Below, piece after piece: positions 1-9,709 of a stretch of 64,000 nucleotides of DNA. The notes under the pieces are model-generated. The model did no database searches, was not told the DNA's origin, and saw only the letters and a program-made list of their open reading frames with translations. The stretch spans positions 256,001-320,000 of the forward strand of contig JBGARZ010000004.1 in the NCBI GenBank assembly GCA_044229975.1. Direction: 5' to 3'. The position numbers and the translations under genes were made by a program. Position 1 is the first letter of the stretch; every line of letters starts with the position of its first letter. The DNA is from Polyangiales bacterium (lineage in GTDB: Bacteria; Myxococcota_A; Polyangia; Polyangiales; Ga0077539).

Positions 1-3
1 CGG

Positions 4-711
4 ATGGCCACACTACCGCACGACGCCTGGTACGACGTACCGGTCCCCGACGTGAGCGGCCTTGTCACGGAGGACGACACCCCGGTGGACAACCTCTACT
101 CGGAGAAGCAGCAGCGTCTGCTCACCGCGCCGTTGTACGCCGGATGGAAGGCGCCTCCCGGTGACGACGGCGCCCCTGCGACCTTTGTCGCGATGGCCAA
201 CATCGGCCTCTTTGCGACGGCGAAGGAGCCGCCGCTCGTCCCCGACGTGCTGGTCAGCGTCGACGTGCAGGCCCCCGATGACATCTGGCTCAAGGAGCAC
301 CGATCGTACTTCGTCTGGGAGTACGGCAAGGTGCCCGACGTCGTCATCGAGGTGGTCTCCAACCGCGAGGGCGGCGAACTCTCGACGCAGCTCCGGCGCT
401 ACGCCCACATGCGCGTGCCGTTCTATGTGGTGTGGGATCCGGCGAAGATCCTGGGCGGCGCTGAGCTCCACGCTTTTCAACTCGACGGCAGGGTGTATGC
501 GCCCGTCGAGCGGGCGTGGGTCCCGCAGCTTCAACTCGAACTCCTTCCCTGGGATGGCGTCTTCGAGACCTGTCCAGAGCGCTGGTTGCGTTGGCACGAC
601 AGTCAGGGCGCGGTGGTGCCCACCGGCGATGAGCGCGCTGACGTCGAGCGCACCCGCGCCGAACGGCTCGCCGCGAAGCTCCGCGAGCTCGGCATCGACC
701 CCGACGAGTAA
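4..711 (+). CDS. Uma2 (DUF820) family putative endonuclease
   Basis: EDDTPVDN, VPDV, YGKVPDVVIEVVS and YVVWDP motifs; C-terminal RAERLAAKLRELGIDP typical of Uma2. Confidence 0.9.
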   Translation: MATLPHDAWYDVPVPDVSGLVTEDDTPVDNLYSEKQQRLLTAPLYAGWKAPPGDDGAPATFVAMANIGLFATAKEPPLVPDVLVSVDVQAPDDIWLKEHRSYFVWEYGKVPDVVIEVVSNREGGELSTQLRRYAHMRVPFYVVWDPAKILGGAELHAFQLDGRVYAPVERAWVPQLQLELLPWDGVFETCPERWLRWHDSQGAVVPTGDERADVERTRAERLAAKLRELGIDPDE

Positions 712-743
712 CCGTCAATGCCGGTGGCTACGTAGCCCACCGC

Positions 744-1520
744 ATGCCCGCTGACGTCCTCCGCTCCGCCGCCGCGCTCTCGTCCCTCGTCGTCGTCGCT
801 GCCCTCATGGTCACGGCCGGCGTCGGTCACGCCCAGCCTCGCCCGTCGCCGCGCCCCTTCGCGCTGGTCGAGCTCTTCACCTCCGAGGGGTGCAGCAGTT
901 GCCCTCCCGCCGACGACGCCCTCGCGGCGATCGCCGACGACGCGCGACGCTCCAGCGCGGAGGTCTACGCGCTCTCGTTCCACGTCGACTACTGGGACGA
1001 GATCGGCTGGCCCGACCCCTTCAGCTCGCCCGCCAACACCCGCCGACAGCAGGCGTACGCGCGCGCCCTCGGCGGCGGAACCTACACCCCCGAGATGGTC
1101 GTCAACGGCGCCGAGGCATTCGTGGGCAGCGACCGCGCGCACGCCCGGCGATCCATCGACGCGGCCCTCGCCCAACCGACGGGCGTCGCCATCGCGCTGT
1201 CCGTCGAACGCGGCGCCGATCAGCTCACCGCCCACTGCCGCGTGACGGGGTCTCCGCCCGGCGCCGTCGTCGGCGTGGCCTGGGTCGAGGCGTCGCGGGA
1301 GGTCGACGTGCGCCGCGGTGAAAACGCCGGGCGCCGGCTGCGACACGTCAACGTCGTGCGCGCATGGTCGACGCTCCCACTCAACGCCGACGGAACCACC
1401 AGCCACACGCTCACGGCTCCGGCCGGGGTGCGTGGCGACGAGGTCGTCGCGTGGGTGCAGCAGGGCGCCGCGGGACGGGCGCTCGCGGCGACACGATGGG
1501 TCAACGTCGCGCGGCGATGA
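744..1520 (+). CDS. DUF1223 thioredoxin-like secreted protein
   Basis: Signal peptide; VELFTSEGCSSCPPAD, FHVDYWD, YTPEMVVNG and V.RGENAGR.LRH.NVVR motifs. Confidence 0.9.
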   Translation: MPADVLRSAAALSSLVVVAALMVTAGVGHAQPRPSPRPFALVELFTSEGCSSCPPADDALAAIADDARRSSAEVYALSFHVDYWDEIGWPDPFSSPANTRRQQAYARALGGGTYTPEMVVNGAEAFVGSDRAHARRSIDAALAQPTGVAIALSVERGADQLTAHCRVTGSPPGAVVGVAWVEASREVDVRRGENAGRRLRHVNVVRAWSTLPLNADGTTSHTLTAPAGVRGDEVVAWVQQGAAGRALAATRWVNVARR

Positions 1521-2325
1521 TGAAGTCCGCGATGACGCCGACCACGCCGGGCTGCGGGACGAACATCCCGGTGCCATGCGCACCAGGGTCGTACTCGCGA
1601 AACACCCAGCGCTCGGGCGCACCCGGCTGAAGTCCGGCGCTCCAGGCGCGCTCGACCCGCGAGTACACGAAGAGCGTGGGCGTGACGTCGAGGCGCGACC
1701 GGCGGCTGGCGTAGGGCGTCTGCGCCTCGGTGTACGAGCCGCCCGTCAAGAACACCATCGCCGCCGGGCGCTCGCCCTCACCCGCCGAGACTGTGTAGTC
1801 GACGACGGAGGCGGAGCCGTTGGAGGCGCCGACGAGGGTGACGCGCGCCGGGTCGACGGCGCATGGCAGCGACGTGAGAAACGCCACCGCCGCCCGCACG
1901 TCGAGCGCCCCTCCGGGCCCGAGGTAGGCGTCGCGGGGGTTGCCCTCGGACTGACCCGCGCCGCGGCGATCGAGGTTGAGCACGGTGATGCCGCGCGCGA
2001 CGAGAGCCTCGACGACGGAGCCGGGGTAGTTGGCGCGGTCGTTGGCGGGCGGAATCATGTGCAGCAGCACGGCGGCGGGCCCGTTGGCGCTACCCGTGGT
2101 CGCGAGGTCGGCTTCGAGGCGCACGCCGTCGCTGGTGGTGAACGAGACGACCGAGGTCGCGGCCTCGCAGCGCGCCGGGATGTCCTTGGCGACGCCGACG
2201 TCCACCGCGACCGGTGCATCCACCACGGCGGGGACGTCCGCGGTCATCGGGACGTCGCGGGGCGGGTCGGGCGTTCGCTCGCAGGCGTTGAGGGCGAGGG
2301 CGAGGGCGAGGGGGCGGGCGTTCAT
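1501..2325 (-). CDS. Alpha/beta hydrolase lipoprotein
   Basis: Lipobox-like LALNAC; LDRRGAGQS, nucleophile elbow GASNG, C-terminal GAHG; ATG start chosen at 2325. Confidence 0.75.
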   Translation of the reverse strand: MNARPLALALALNACERTPDPPRDVPMTADVPAVVDAPVAVDVGVAKDIPARCEAATSVVSFTTSDGVRLEADLATTGSANGPAAVLLHMIPPANDRANYPGSVVEALVARGITVLNLDRRGAGQSEGNPRDAYLGPGGALDVRAAVAFLTSLPCAVDPARVTLVGASNGSASVVDYTVSAGEGERPAAMVFLTGGSYTEAQTPYASRRSRLDVTPTLFVYSRVERAWSAGLQPGAPERWVFREYDPGAHGTGMFVPQPGVVGVIADFIIAARR

Positions 2326-2333
2326 GGGCGTCG

Positions 2334-3305
2334 GTGCCATACGCGGTGGGGGTGTCATCGGTTACGACGCTGTCAGTCGTCGCAGGCGTCGCCGCGACGA
2401 CGAGGTGCTCCACGGACGCGCCCGACCTGCCTCGGGGCCCATCGGGGCAGGCTGCGGCGTCTCATGAAGTGCTCACCTGGGAGGCGCTCGTCGCCAACGT
2501 GTCGATGGGGCGGTGCCGCCCCACGCCGGGCGGTGCGTGGTCCCTGCGGCTGGTGTCGACAGAGTACGGCGAGCGGCGCTACGAGCTGCTGCACGTCGAT
2601 CGCGAGGGGCGCGCGGTCGTCGCGCGGGAGCCGGCGTGGCGACGGCCGTCGGTGATGGTTCCGTGGAGCTTCGAGACGCACGGCAACGAGTGGGACGAGA
2701 ACTTTCGCGTCCTCCAGGGCGCCAGCGACTTCGACTTCGACGACGACGGCGAGCCCGAGCTCGTGCTGTGGGAGCACTGGGATGGTCGTCGCGGCGGTGG
2801 CTTCTCGCTGAAGGCGTTTCGCTACGCGCGGGGGCGGGCGCTGCCCTTCGCACTGCCCGCGGGCGCCCAGGGCATGCACGACGTCGACGGGGACGGCCGG
2901 CCCGACGTCGTCATCGAGCACCACGGCTTCGACTGGCTCGGGTGCGAGGGGAGCGACGACTGGGAAACCGAGAGCGTCGAGGGGCCGACCACCGTCGCGC
3001 GCTCACTGCCGGGCGGGGTCTTCTCCGTGCGCGACCCGGCGGTCGAGAACCTGCGCGAGTGCGGGCCGCGGTCGGTGCCCATCGTGGTGCGCGCCGAGAG
3101 GACCGTGGTGGACGAGGCGGCGACGGCCCGCAACGTGGTGTGCGCGGGCGCGTGGGGCGTTCCGCGGGCGCAGATCGTGGCGGCGCTGCGGGGGTGCAAC
3201 GAGTTCTCGTCGGCGCGGGAGTGCGATGAGGAGGGAATGGCGTCGAGGGCCAATGAGTGCCGCCACCGGCGCCTGCTGCTGGAGTGGGCGTCGTGGTTTC
3301 CGTAG
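2334..3305 (+). CDS. Hypothetical protein with DxDxDG Ca-binding-like motifs (start uncertain)
   Basis: High-GC3 reading frame; DFDDDGEPE and DVDGDGRPD motifs. Confidence 0.6.
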   Translation: MPYAVGVSSVTTLSVVAGVAATTRCSTDAPDLPRGPSGQAAASHEVLTWEALVANVSMGRCRPTPGGAWSLRLVSTEYGERRYELLHVDREGRAVVAREPAWRRPSVMVPWSFETHGNEWDENFRVLQGASDFDFDDDGEPELVLWEHWDGRRGGGFSLKAFRYARGRALPFALPAGAQGMHDVDGDGRPDVVIEHHGFDWLGCEGSDDWETESVEGPTTVARSLPGGVFSVRDPAVENLRECGPRSVPIVVRAERTVVDEAATARNVVCAGAWGVPRAQIVAALRGCNEFSSARECDEEGMASRANECRHRRLLLEWASWFP

Positions 3306-3319
3306 ACCGTCGCATCATA

Positions 3320-3553
3320 GGGGACTCGGAGCAGGCGATGGCGGCAGGGGAATGTTGAGGGGCCGCAAGGGCGCGAGGGTCGCAAGGGGTGTGCTGTTCA
3401 AGAGGGCGGGTGAGCGGAGTGGGCTTCCGTGCCAACAACTTCACGACCCTCGCGCTCGCCTGCACCCATCACTCCTCAACAACACCCCTTGCGACCCTTG
3501 CGCCCTTGCGGCCCATCATCGCTCCTCTGCCGCCAACGCCGACTCGGACCCCC
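3320..3553. repeat. Imperfect long inverted repeat (REP/MITE-like palindrome)
   Basis: GGGCCGCAAGGGCGCGAGGGTCGCAAGGGGTGT (~3360-3392) is mirrored by ACACCCCTTGCGACCCTTGCGCCCTTGCGGCCC (~3482-3514); arms extend imperfectly to ~80 bp. Confidence 0.85.
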
Positions 3554-3609
3554 GCTCTAGCTCTGCGCGCAGTTGACCGCCGACCCGCCGTCCGTGATCG
3601 ACTCGCACG

Positions 3610-4428
3610 ATGACCACCGACATCACGACCTCCATCGACGCGTGGCTGCGAGCCGACGCCGACGCCCGACGAGAAGCCACCGCGCGCGTCGCGGCGCGCG
3701 TGGGCGGCGCAGCAGCGGAGCGCGACGGGCGCCCCGTCGTGGTGCTCGACGGCGTGGTGATGGCCATCGTCCCTGGTGGCACCGTCACGCTCGGTTGGGA
3801 CGCTTCGCGACCCCTCGGGCTGACCGACGATCAGCGTGAGGCCATCGCCGAAGATCCCGACACCATGGAGCCCATCGAAGGGACGATGGCGTACTACCTG
3901 ACGCCGACGCGCCGGGTGACCATCGCGCCCTTCCTCTTGGAACTCGAACCGCGCCCCATCGCTGAGTGGTCGGCGGCGCTCGACGGCTCGGCCGACCTGC
4001 TGCGCAGCGTGGCGGAGGCGGTCGCCCAACGCGGGTTTCGCCTGCCCACCGATGACGAGTGGGAGCACGCCGCGCGGGCGGGGACGGAGACGTTGTTCCG
4101 TTGGGGAGACGTGTGGCCGGATGGGATTCCGTTCGGAGACGAGACGACCTTCGCGGGGCATCGCGAGCGCAACGCCCTCGGGCTGCGGTTGCTCGACGAC
4201 CCCTATCAGGTCGAGGTGGTGTCCGCGCCGCTCGGCTTTCGCGGTGGCGATGGCGGAACCGCGGTGTGTGGCGGCCGACCGCAGCCGGAGACGTGGATGA
4301 CCTTCGCGTCGGCGTTTCGCTGGCCGCGCGCCCTCTGGGAGGACGTCGTTGCGGAGACCGCCGAGTCGGCGTGGATACGTCGCGCGCGCGCGATCGATCG
4401 GGTGATGCTCAGCGCCCCGCGGAGTTGA
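3610..4428 (+). CDS. Formylglycine-generating enzyme (SUMF1) family domain protein
   Basis: VPGGTVTLG, FRLPTDDEWEHAARAG, FRWGD and NALGL motifs. Confidence 0.75.
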   Translation: MTTDITTSIDAWLRADADARREATARVAARVGGAAAERDGRPVVVLDGVVMAIVPGGTVTLGWDASRPLGLTDDQREAIAEDPDTMEPIEGTMAYYLTPTRRVTIAPFLLELEPRPIAEWSAALDGSADLLRSVAEAVAQRGFRLPTDDEWEHAARAGTETLFRWGDVWPDGIPFGDETTFAGHRERNALGLRLLDDPYQVEVVSAPLGFRGGDGGTAVCGGRPQPETWMTFASAFRWPRALWEDVVAETAESAWIRRARAIDRVMLSAPRS

Positions 4429-4909
4429 AGCGCTGCACCGTGCCCGTCCAGGTGCCGTCGCTCCACGCGATGTCTTCGAAGTCACCGCCCGTGTACGCGC
4501 CGATCACGCGTCGCCAGAACGCCGTCGCCGCCACGTTGCTCACCTGCTGGCGCACCTCCCAGGGCCCGCGAAAACGCTCAAACGCCGCGACCGCCGCGCG
4601 CTGTCCCACCCCGCGCCGCCGATGCCCACGCGCCACGAAGAACTCCACCATGTCGTGCACGCCGCTCGCGCCCGTGAGGCGGCTGCGCTCCTGGATGAGC
4701 GCGAAGCCCGCGAGCCCGCCATCGACGCGTAGCAGGAAGGCGTGGCGCCACGGGTCGGCCCAATAAGCATCGAACGCGCGCCCCTCGAAGCGACCATCGT
4801 CGCCCAGCGGGAGGTGCATCTGCTCGCTGAAGTCATGGACGTAGAGCTGCCAGAGCTGGTCGAGGACGACGCGATCCGCAGGGGTCGTCGGGGCGAGCGT
4901 GACGTTCAT
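4409..4909 (-). CDS. GNAT family N-acetyltransferase
   Basis: EFFVARGHRRRGVG acetyl-CoA motif; LYVHDFSE; N.AA.AFW. Confidence 0.85.
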   Translation of the reverse strand: MNVTLAPTTPADRVVLDQLWQLYVHDFSEQMHLPLGDDGRFEGRAFDAYWADPWRHAFLLRVDGGLAGFALIQERSRLTGASGVHDMVEFFVARGHRRRGVGQRAAVAAFERFRGPWEVRQQVSNVAATAFWRRVIGAYTGGDFEDIAWSDGTWTGTVQRFNSAGR

Positions 4910-4955
4910 GGAGTGGTCCCGATCGTAGTCCAGGTCGGTGCTACGGTCGGCCGCG

Positions 4956-5175
4956 ATGCCCTCCGACGACGCGCCCGCGACCATCGACTTCTACGCAGTG
5001 GGTGACGAGTACGGCGAGTTCTCCAACTTCGCGCCGTACCCCATTCGCGTGAGCGGGAAGTCGTGGCCGACGCGCGCCTCGTGGAGCACACCGACAACGA
5101 CGTGTTCTGGGGCGACGGCGGCGACGGCAGTGGCCACAACATGCTCGGTCGGCTCTTGATGGAGCAGCGGCCGGG
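4956..5175 (+). pseudogene. NADAR/YbiA-family N-glycosidase remnant (internal deletion plus frameshift)
   Basis: N-terminal IDFY...YGEFSNFAPYPI...WPT is joined out of frame to C-terminal ARLVEHTDNDVFWGDGGDGSGHNMLGRLLME; the central region is missing. Confidence 0.85.
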
Positions 5176-5200
5176 CGCGATGGCATCGTATGGCTGCGCC

Positions 5201-6472
5201 TCACCCCCGCAGCCGAACCTCCACCGCCCGCGCGTGCGCTTCCAGCCCTTCGGCCCGCGCGAAGCTCGCGATCGCGCCCGCGTGCTTCTCCAATGAAGCC
5301 CGGTCGTATCGGATGACCGACGTTCGCACCATGAAGTCGTACACCCCGAGCGGCGAGCTGAAGCGCACCGCCCCTCCCGTCGGCAACACGTGCGACGGCC
5401 CCGCGAGGTAGTCCCCCGCCGCCTCCGGCGTCCAGTCGCCCAGAAACGCCGCGCCCGCCGCGCCCACGCGCGTGAGCATCGCCTCCGGGTCGCGCACCAG
5501 CAGCGCCAGGTGCTCCGACGCGAGCGCCGTCACCACCCGCGCCGCTTCATCGAGGTCACCCACCACGAAGGCATGTCCATTGGACCTCACCGACGCCTCC
5601 GCGATGTCCCTTCGGGGAAGCGCCGCGAGCTGCGTCTCCAGCGCCGCCAGCGCCCGCCGCGCGACGTCCTCGGTCGTCGCCACGAGCAGCGGATACGCCG
5701 CCTCGTCGTGCTCGGCCTGCGACAACAGGTCGGCCGCCACCACCTCCGGGTCGGCGCCCTCGTCGGCCACCACGAGGATCTCCGACGGGCCGGCGATGCC
5801 ATCGATGGCGACGCGCCCGAAGACCATCTTCTTGGCGCACGCCACGTAGAGGTTGCCAGGCCCGACGATCTTGTCGACGCGCGGAACCGTCGCCGTCCCA
5901 TACGCCAGCGCCCCGACGGCCTGCGCGCCGCCCATGTCGAACACCCGCGCCACGCCCGCGATGGACGCCGCCGCGAGGATCTCCGCCGTCGGACGCGGCG
6001 TCGCCAGCAGCACCTCGCCGACGCCCGCGACGGCCGCCGGAATCGCCGACATCAGCACGCTCGACGGGTACCGCGCCTTGCCGCCCGGCGCGTACACGCC
6101 GACCCGCGAGAGCGGTCGCACGCGCCAGCCCAGCGACACGCCGTCGTCGTCGGTGTAGCGAAGGCCGCGCTCCACCTGCCGCTCGTGGAAGGCGCGGATG
6201 CGATCGGCGGACAAGCGCAGCACCGCGACGAGCGCCGGGTCGAGCGTGGCGAGCGCGCGGGCCATCTCGTCGGGGCCGTAGACGAAGGGCGCGGGGACGG
6301 CGCCGTCATACTTGAGGGAGTATTCGCGGAGGGCCTCGTCGCCGCGCGTTCGCACCGCGTGGAGGATCTCGGTGACGGCGGGTGTGACCCGGTCGAGGTC
6401 GTCGTCGCCGCGGTCGGTGAGGCGGGCGAGGGTGGCGTCGTAGTCGGGCGTCGCGCGGAGGTGCAGCTTCAT
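5201..6472 (-). CDS. hisD: Histidinol dehydrogenase
   Basis: GVYAPGG.A.YPSSVLM, KIVGPGN.YV, IAGPSEI, LLSQAEHD, EAAGDY.AGPSHVLPT, EGL.AHA. Confidence 0.97.
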   Translation of the reverse strand: MKLHLRATPDYDATLARLTDRGDDDLDRVTPAVTEILHAVRTRGDEALREYSLKYDGAVPAPFVYGPDEMARALATLDPALVAVLRLSADRIRAFHERQVERGLRYTDDDGVSLGWRVRPLSRVGVYAPGGKARYPSSVLMSAIPAAVAGVGEVLLATPRPTAEILAAASIAGVARVFDMGGAQAVGALAYGTATVPRVDKIVGPGNLYVACAKKMVFGRVAIDGIAGPSEILVVADEGADPEVVAADLLSQAEHDEAAYPLLVATTEDVARRALAALETQLAALPRRDIAEASVRSNGHAFVVGDLDEAARVVTALASEHLALLVRDPEAMLTRVGAAGAAFLGDWTPEAAGDYLAGPSHVLPTGGAVRFSSPLGVYDFMVRTSVIRYDRASLEKHAGAIASFARAEGLEAHARAVEVRLRG

Positions 6473-6516
6473 CGGGGTGCGGAGAGTGGAGGCGACCGGG
6501 TCGGGTCGCAACCACT

Positions 6517-6882
6517 TCAGCGCTTGCGAGCAGTGCCCGCGTCGGCGGTCGCCGGTGGCGGCAGTCGCGGCGGCGGGGCGCCGTAGACCTCCGCGCTACT
6601 GCCGGGGTCGTCGGGCGGGGAGCGCGGCGTCGTGGTGGCTCCCGCGTCGACGGCGATGGGCGGCGGGGCTCCATACACCGCGGCCACCTGCGGCTGTCGG
6701 CACGCTTCGGCGAGCGCGGCCGAGCCGAGCAGCAGCATCGCCGAGCGGGACAGCCGCGGCCCATCGACGCGCGGCGCCTCGGGGACGTCGGGCGTGAGGG
6801 CTGCGGCGCAGAAGGGGCACGCCGACTCGGTGTGCCGCACGTGACGATCGCAGGCGGGGCAGGGGCGGAGCGGCTGGTACAT
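6517..6882 (-). CDS. Small myxobacterial protein: Zn-ribbon, hydrophobic segment, repeated VYGAPP motifs
   Basis: CPAC-x9-CPFC; LLLGSAALAEAC; AVYGAPP and EVYGAPP. Confidence 0.75.
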   Translation of the reverse strand: MYQPLRPCPACDRHVRHTESACPFCAAALTPDVPEAPRVDGPRLSRSAMLLLGSAALAEACRQPQVAAVYGAPPPIAVDAGATTTPRSPPDDPGSSAEVYGAPPPRLPPPATADAGTARKR

Positions 6883-6997
6883 GGCGACGAGTGGAGCAAC
6901 GGACCGAGCGCGGCGTCAATGCACGCGCGCCGCGACGCTCACGGCACGACGGTCGGTGCCCGCTCGCAGTTGGCGACGACTCGGCGATACTCGCGCG

Positions 6998-7561
6998 ATG
7001 CCGGTACTCGCTCTGATCGAACCCGCCGCGTGGCGCACGCAGCCGTGGGCCAACGGCGCGGGTGTCACCCACGAGATCGCCCGCTGGGGCGACGGCGCTG
7101 CCTTCGACGCGCGGTTGAGCGTGGCCGAGCTCACGGCGCGCAGCCCCTTCTCGCACTTCGCGGGCTACGACCGCTGGCTCGCGCCCGACGGCGTCGTGGC
7201 GCTGCACCTGCCCGACGGACCGCGGCGATTGTCACGCGGCGAGGCGCTCACCTTCGCGGGCGAGCTCGACGTCACGGGCGAACCCGCCGCGCCGACGTGG
7301 GAGCTCAACGTGATGGTGCGCCGCGGGGTCGCGTGGTCGGCGGAGATCGTCATGGGTCGCGTCGCGCGCGTCGCGCGGCCGGGCGTGACGGCGGTGTTCG
7401 CGTTCGGTGGGGGCGTGAGCGTGGAGGTCGCGGGACGGACCATCGGGTTGCCCGAGCGCGCGACGCTGCTCGCGACGTCGAGCACGGAGTTCGCGCTCGC
7501 GGTGGATGCGGTCGACGACGCGCGGGTCGCGCTCGTCTTCCTCGGCCGCACCTGGGACTGA
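6998..7561 (+). CDS. HutD/Ves family protein
   Basis: PWANGAGVTHEIA, RLSVA, PFSHFAGYDR, LNVMVRR motifs. Confidence 0.85.
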   Translation: MPVLALIEPAAWRTQPWANGAGVTHEIARWGDGAAFDARLSVAELTARSPFSHFAGYDRWLAPDGVVALHLPDGPRRLSRGEALTFAGELDVTGEPAAPTWELNVMVRRGVAWSAEIVMGRVARVARPGVTAVFAFGGGVSVEVAGRTIGLPERATLLATSSTEFALAVDAVDDARVALVFLGRTWD

Positions 7562-7720
7562 CGCCTCAGCGAGCTCAATCGAAGGGCCACGGCACGACCC
7601 GCGTGGAGTGCTCGACCGGCGCCGTGAGCGGCGCGGCGTCTCCGTCGAGTCGTCGGAGCGTGACGGCGGGCGCGCGGCGCGCTGTGATAGCGTCGCGGCC
7701 CTCAACTGGAAGGGAGTCCC

Positions 7721-9628
7721 ATGCGACTGGTCAAGATCGGCCTCGGCAGCGTCAACCCCACCGTCGGATCGGTGCACTCCAACACCGCCCGCTGCATCGC
7801 GCAGGCGAAGGCCATGGCCGCCGCCGACGTCACCGTCGCCGCGCTCCCCGAGCAGGTCATCGGCGGCTACCCCGCCGAAGACCTCGTCCAATGGAACGGC
7901 TTCGTCAAAGCCCAGTGGGACGAGCTCCTGCACTTCGCGAAGGAGACCGCGTCGCTCGCCACGGTGTTTGCGCTCGGCGTCACCGTCGCGCGCAGCGGGC
8001 ACCTCTACAACGCCGCCGCCGTGGTGCACCGCGGGGCCGTGCTCGGGCTCGTGCCGAAGGAGAAGCTGCCCACGTACAACGTCTTCTACGAGGCGCGAAC
8101 CTTCTCGCGGGGTGTTCCGGGGCAGAGCGATACGGTCGAGGGGATTCCCTTCGGCGACCTCGTCTTCACCTTCGACTTCGGCACGCTCGCGGTCGAAGTG
8201 TGCGAGGACGTCTGGTCGCCCGACGGCCCGATGCGCCGCCGCTGCTACGCGGGCGCCGAGCTGGTGCTCAACCTCTCCGCCTCTCCCTACCGCATGGGCG
8301 TCATGGGAACGCGCCGCGAGATGCTCGCCACGCGCTCGGGCGACAACCAGTGCACGCTCGCGTACGTCAACAGCGTCGGCGCCAACGACGGCCTCGTCTT
8401 CGACGGCGGCGGCTTCGTCTTCCAGTGCGGCAAGCCCATGCTCGAAGCCCCACGCTGGGTCGAGTCGTGGACCGCGACCGTGGTCGACCTCGATCGCACG
8501 CGCCGCCTCCGCACCGAGAACACCACCTGGCGCAACGACTGCCTCGACGCCGCCCAATCACCCATCAAGCCGACGGTCGTCCCGGCCTTCGGCAAGGGCG
8601 CCGAGCGCGGGTCACTGGCGTACCCGACGCCCTCGCATGGGAGCTTCTTCCTGCCGGGGTCGTTCGCGTCGCGCAACGCCCGCGAGGACTTCTGTGATGA
8701 CCTCCTCGACGCGCTTGGATTGGGCGTCTGGGACTATTACGAGAAGACCAGGGCCTTCAAGGGATTCGGGCTCGCGTTGTCGGGTGGGCGCGACTCGCTG
8801 CTCACGCTGCTCATCACGTGGCGCGCGATCCAGAAGCGCTACGCCGACCTCCCCGACGACGCGCGCAAGGTGAAGACGGGGGAGATGCTGCACGCGTTCT
8901 ACATGCCGTCGCGGTACTCGACGGATCACACCTCGGAGAGCGCGCGCATCATCTGTGAAGAGCTGGGTGTTCCTTTCAAGGTTGTGCCCATTGAAGAGGC
9001 TTTCAAGCGTGAGGCGGAAGCGGCGCAGACCATGGTGGGCGGCGGTCTGTCCGAGCTGACCATGCAGAACATCCAGGCCCGCGTGCGCGCCCAGCGCATG
9101 TGGAACTGGTCCAACACCACCGGCCGCCTCTTCCTTCAGACGGGCAACATGTCCGAGAAGGCGATGGGCTACACCACCATCGGCGGCGACCTGGAGGGCG
9201 CGCTCGCGGTGCTGGCCAACGTGCCGAAGACGGTGGTCATCTACCTGCTTGAATACCTGTTGGAGAAGCACGGCTTCGAGGGCATCTGGAAGACGCTGTC
9301 GGCGCCCGCGGGGCCCGAGCTGGCGCCCAACCAGAAGGGCGAGGACGAGCTGATGCCCTTCAGGGTGCTCGACGCGTGCTTCCACCTGTACGCGGCGGAG
9401 AAGCTGTCGCCGCCGGAGATCGTGCAGGCGCTGGGGAGCATGTTCCCGGACGACGAGCTGGTGGAGCGTGAGCGCTGGGTGGCGAAGTTCGTGAAGATGT
9501 TTGTGCAGAGCATCTACAAGTGGGTGCAGGCGCCGCTCTCGCTGCACGTCGGCAACCTCGACCTCGACCGCGAGCGCGCGCTGCAACTGCCCGTCGTCGA
9601 GACGACGGAGTGGACGCGGAAGGCGTAG
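7721..9628 (+). CDS. nadE: Glutamine-dependent NAD+ synthetase
   Basis: CN-hydrolase triad (LPEQ, PKEKLPTY, VCED) plus synthetase domain (LSGGRDS, QNIQARVR, TGNMSE.AMGYTT..GD). Confidence 0.95.
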   Translation: MRLVKIGLGSVNPTVGSVHSNTARCIAQAKAMAAADVTVAALPEQVIGGYPAEDLVQWNGFVKAQWDELLHFAKETASLATVFALGVTVARSGHLYNAAAVVHRGAVLGLVPKEKLPTYNVFYEARTFSRGVPGQSDTVEGIPFGDLVFTFDFGTLAVEVCEDVWSPDGPMRRRCYAGAELVLNLSASPYRMGVMGTRREMLATRSGDNQCTLAYVNSVGANDGLVFDGGGFVFQCGKPMLEAPRWVESWTATVVDLDRTRRLRTENTTWRNDCLDAAQSPIKPTVVPAFGKGAERGSLAYPTPSHGSFFLPGSFASRNAREDFCDDLLDALGLGVWDYYEKTRAFKGFGLALSGGRDSLLTLLITWRAIQKRYADLPDDARKVKTGEMLHAFYMPSRYSTDHTSESARIICEELGVPFKVVPIEEAFKREAEAAQTMVGGGLSELTMQNIQARVRAQRMWNWSNTTGRLFLQTGNMSEKAMGYTTIGGDLEGALAVLANVPKTVVIYLLEYLLEKHGFEGIWKTLSAPAGPELAPNQKGEDELMPFRVLDACFHLYAAEKLSPPEIVQALGSMFPDDELVERERWVAKFVKMFVQSIYKWVQAPLSLHVGNLDLDRERALQLPVVETTEWTRKA

Positions 9629-9709
9629 TCAGGCGCAGCCTGCGGTCGAAGGGCTTACGCCGCAGCGTCAGCGCGGCGCGCGATGGCGAGGCGATCGCAG
9701 TGAGTACAT

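Noticed and set aside
5201..7561. hisD/HutD-family proximity as a histidine regulon
   Set aside because: The genes are divergent, no other his or hut genes are present, and HutD-family proteins often occur alone
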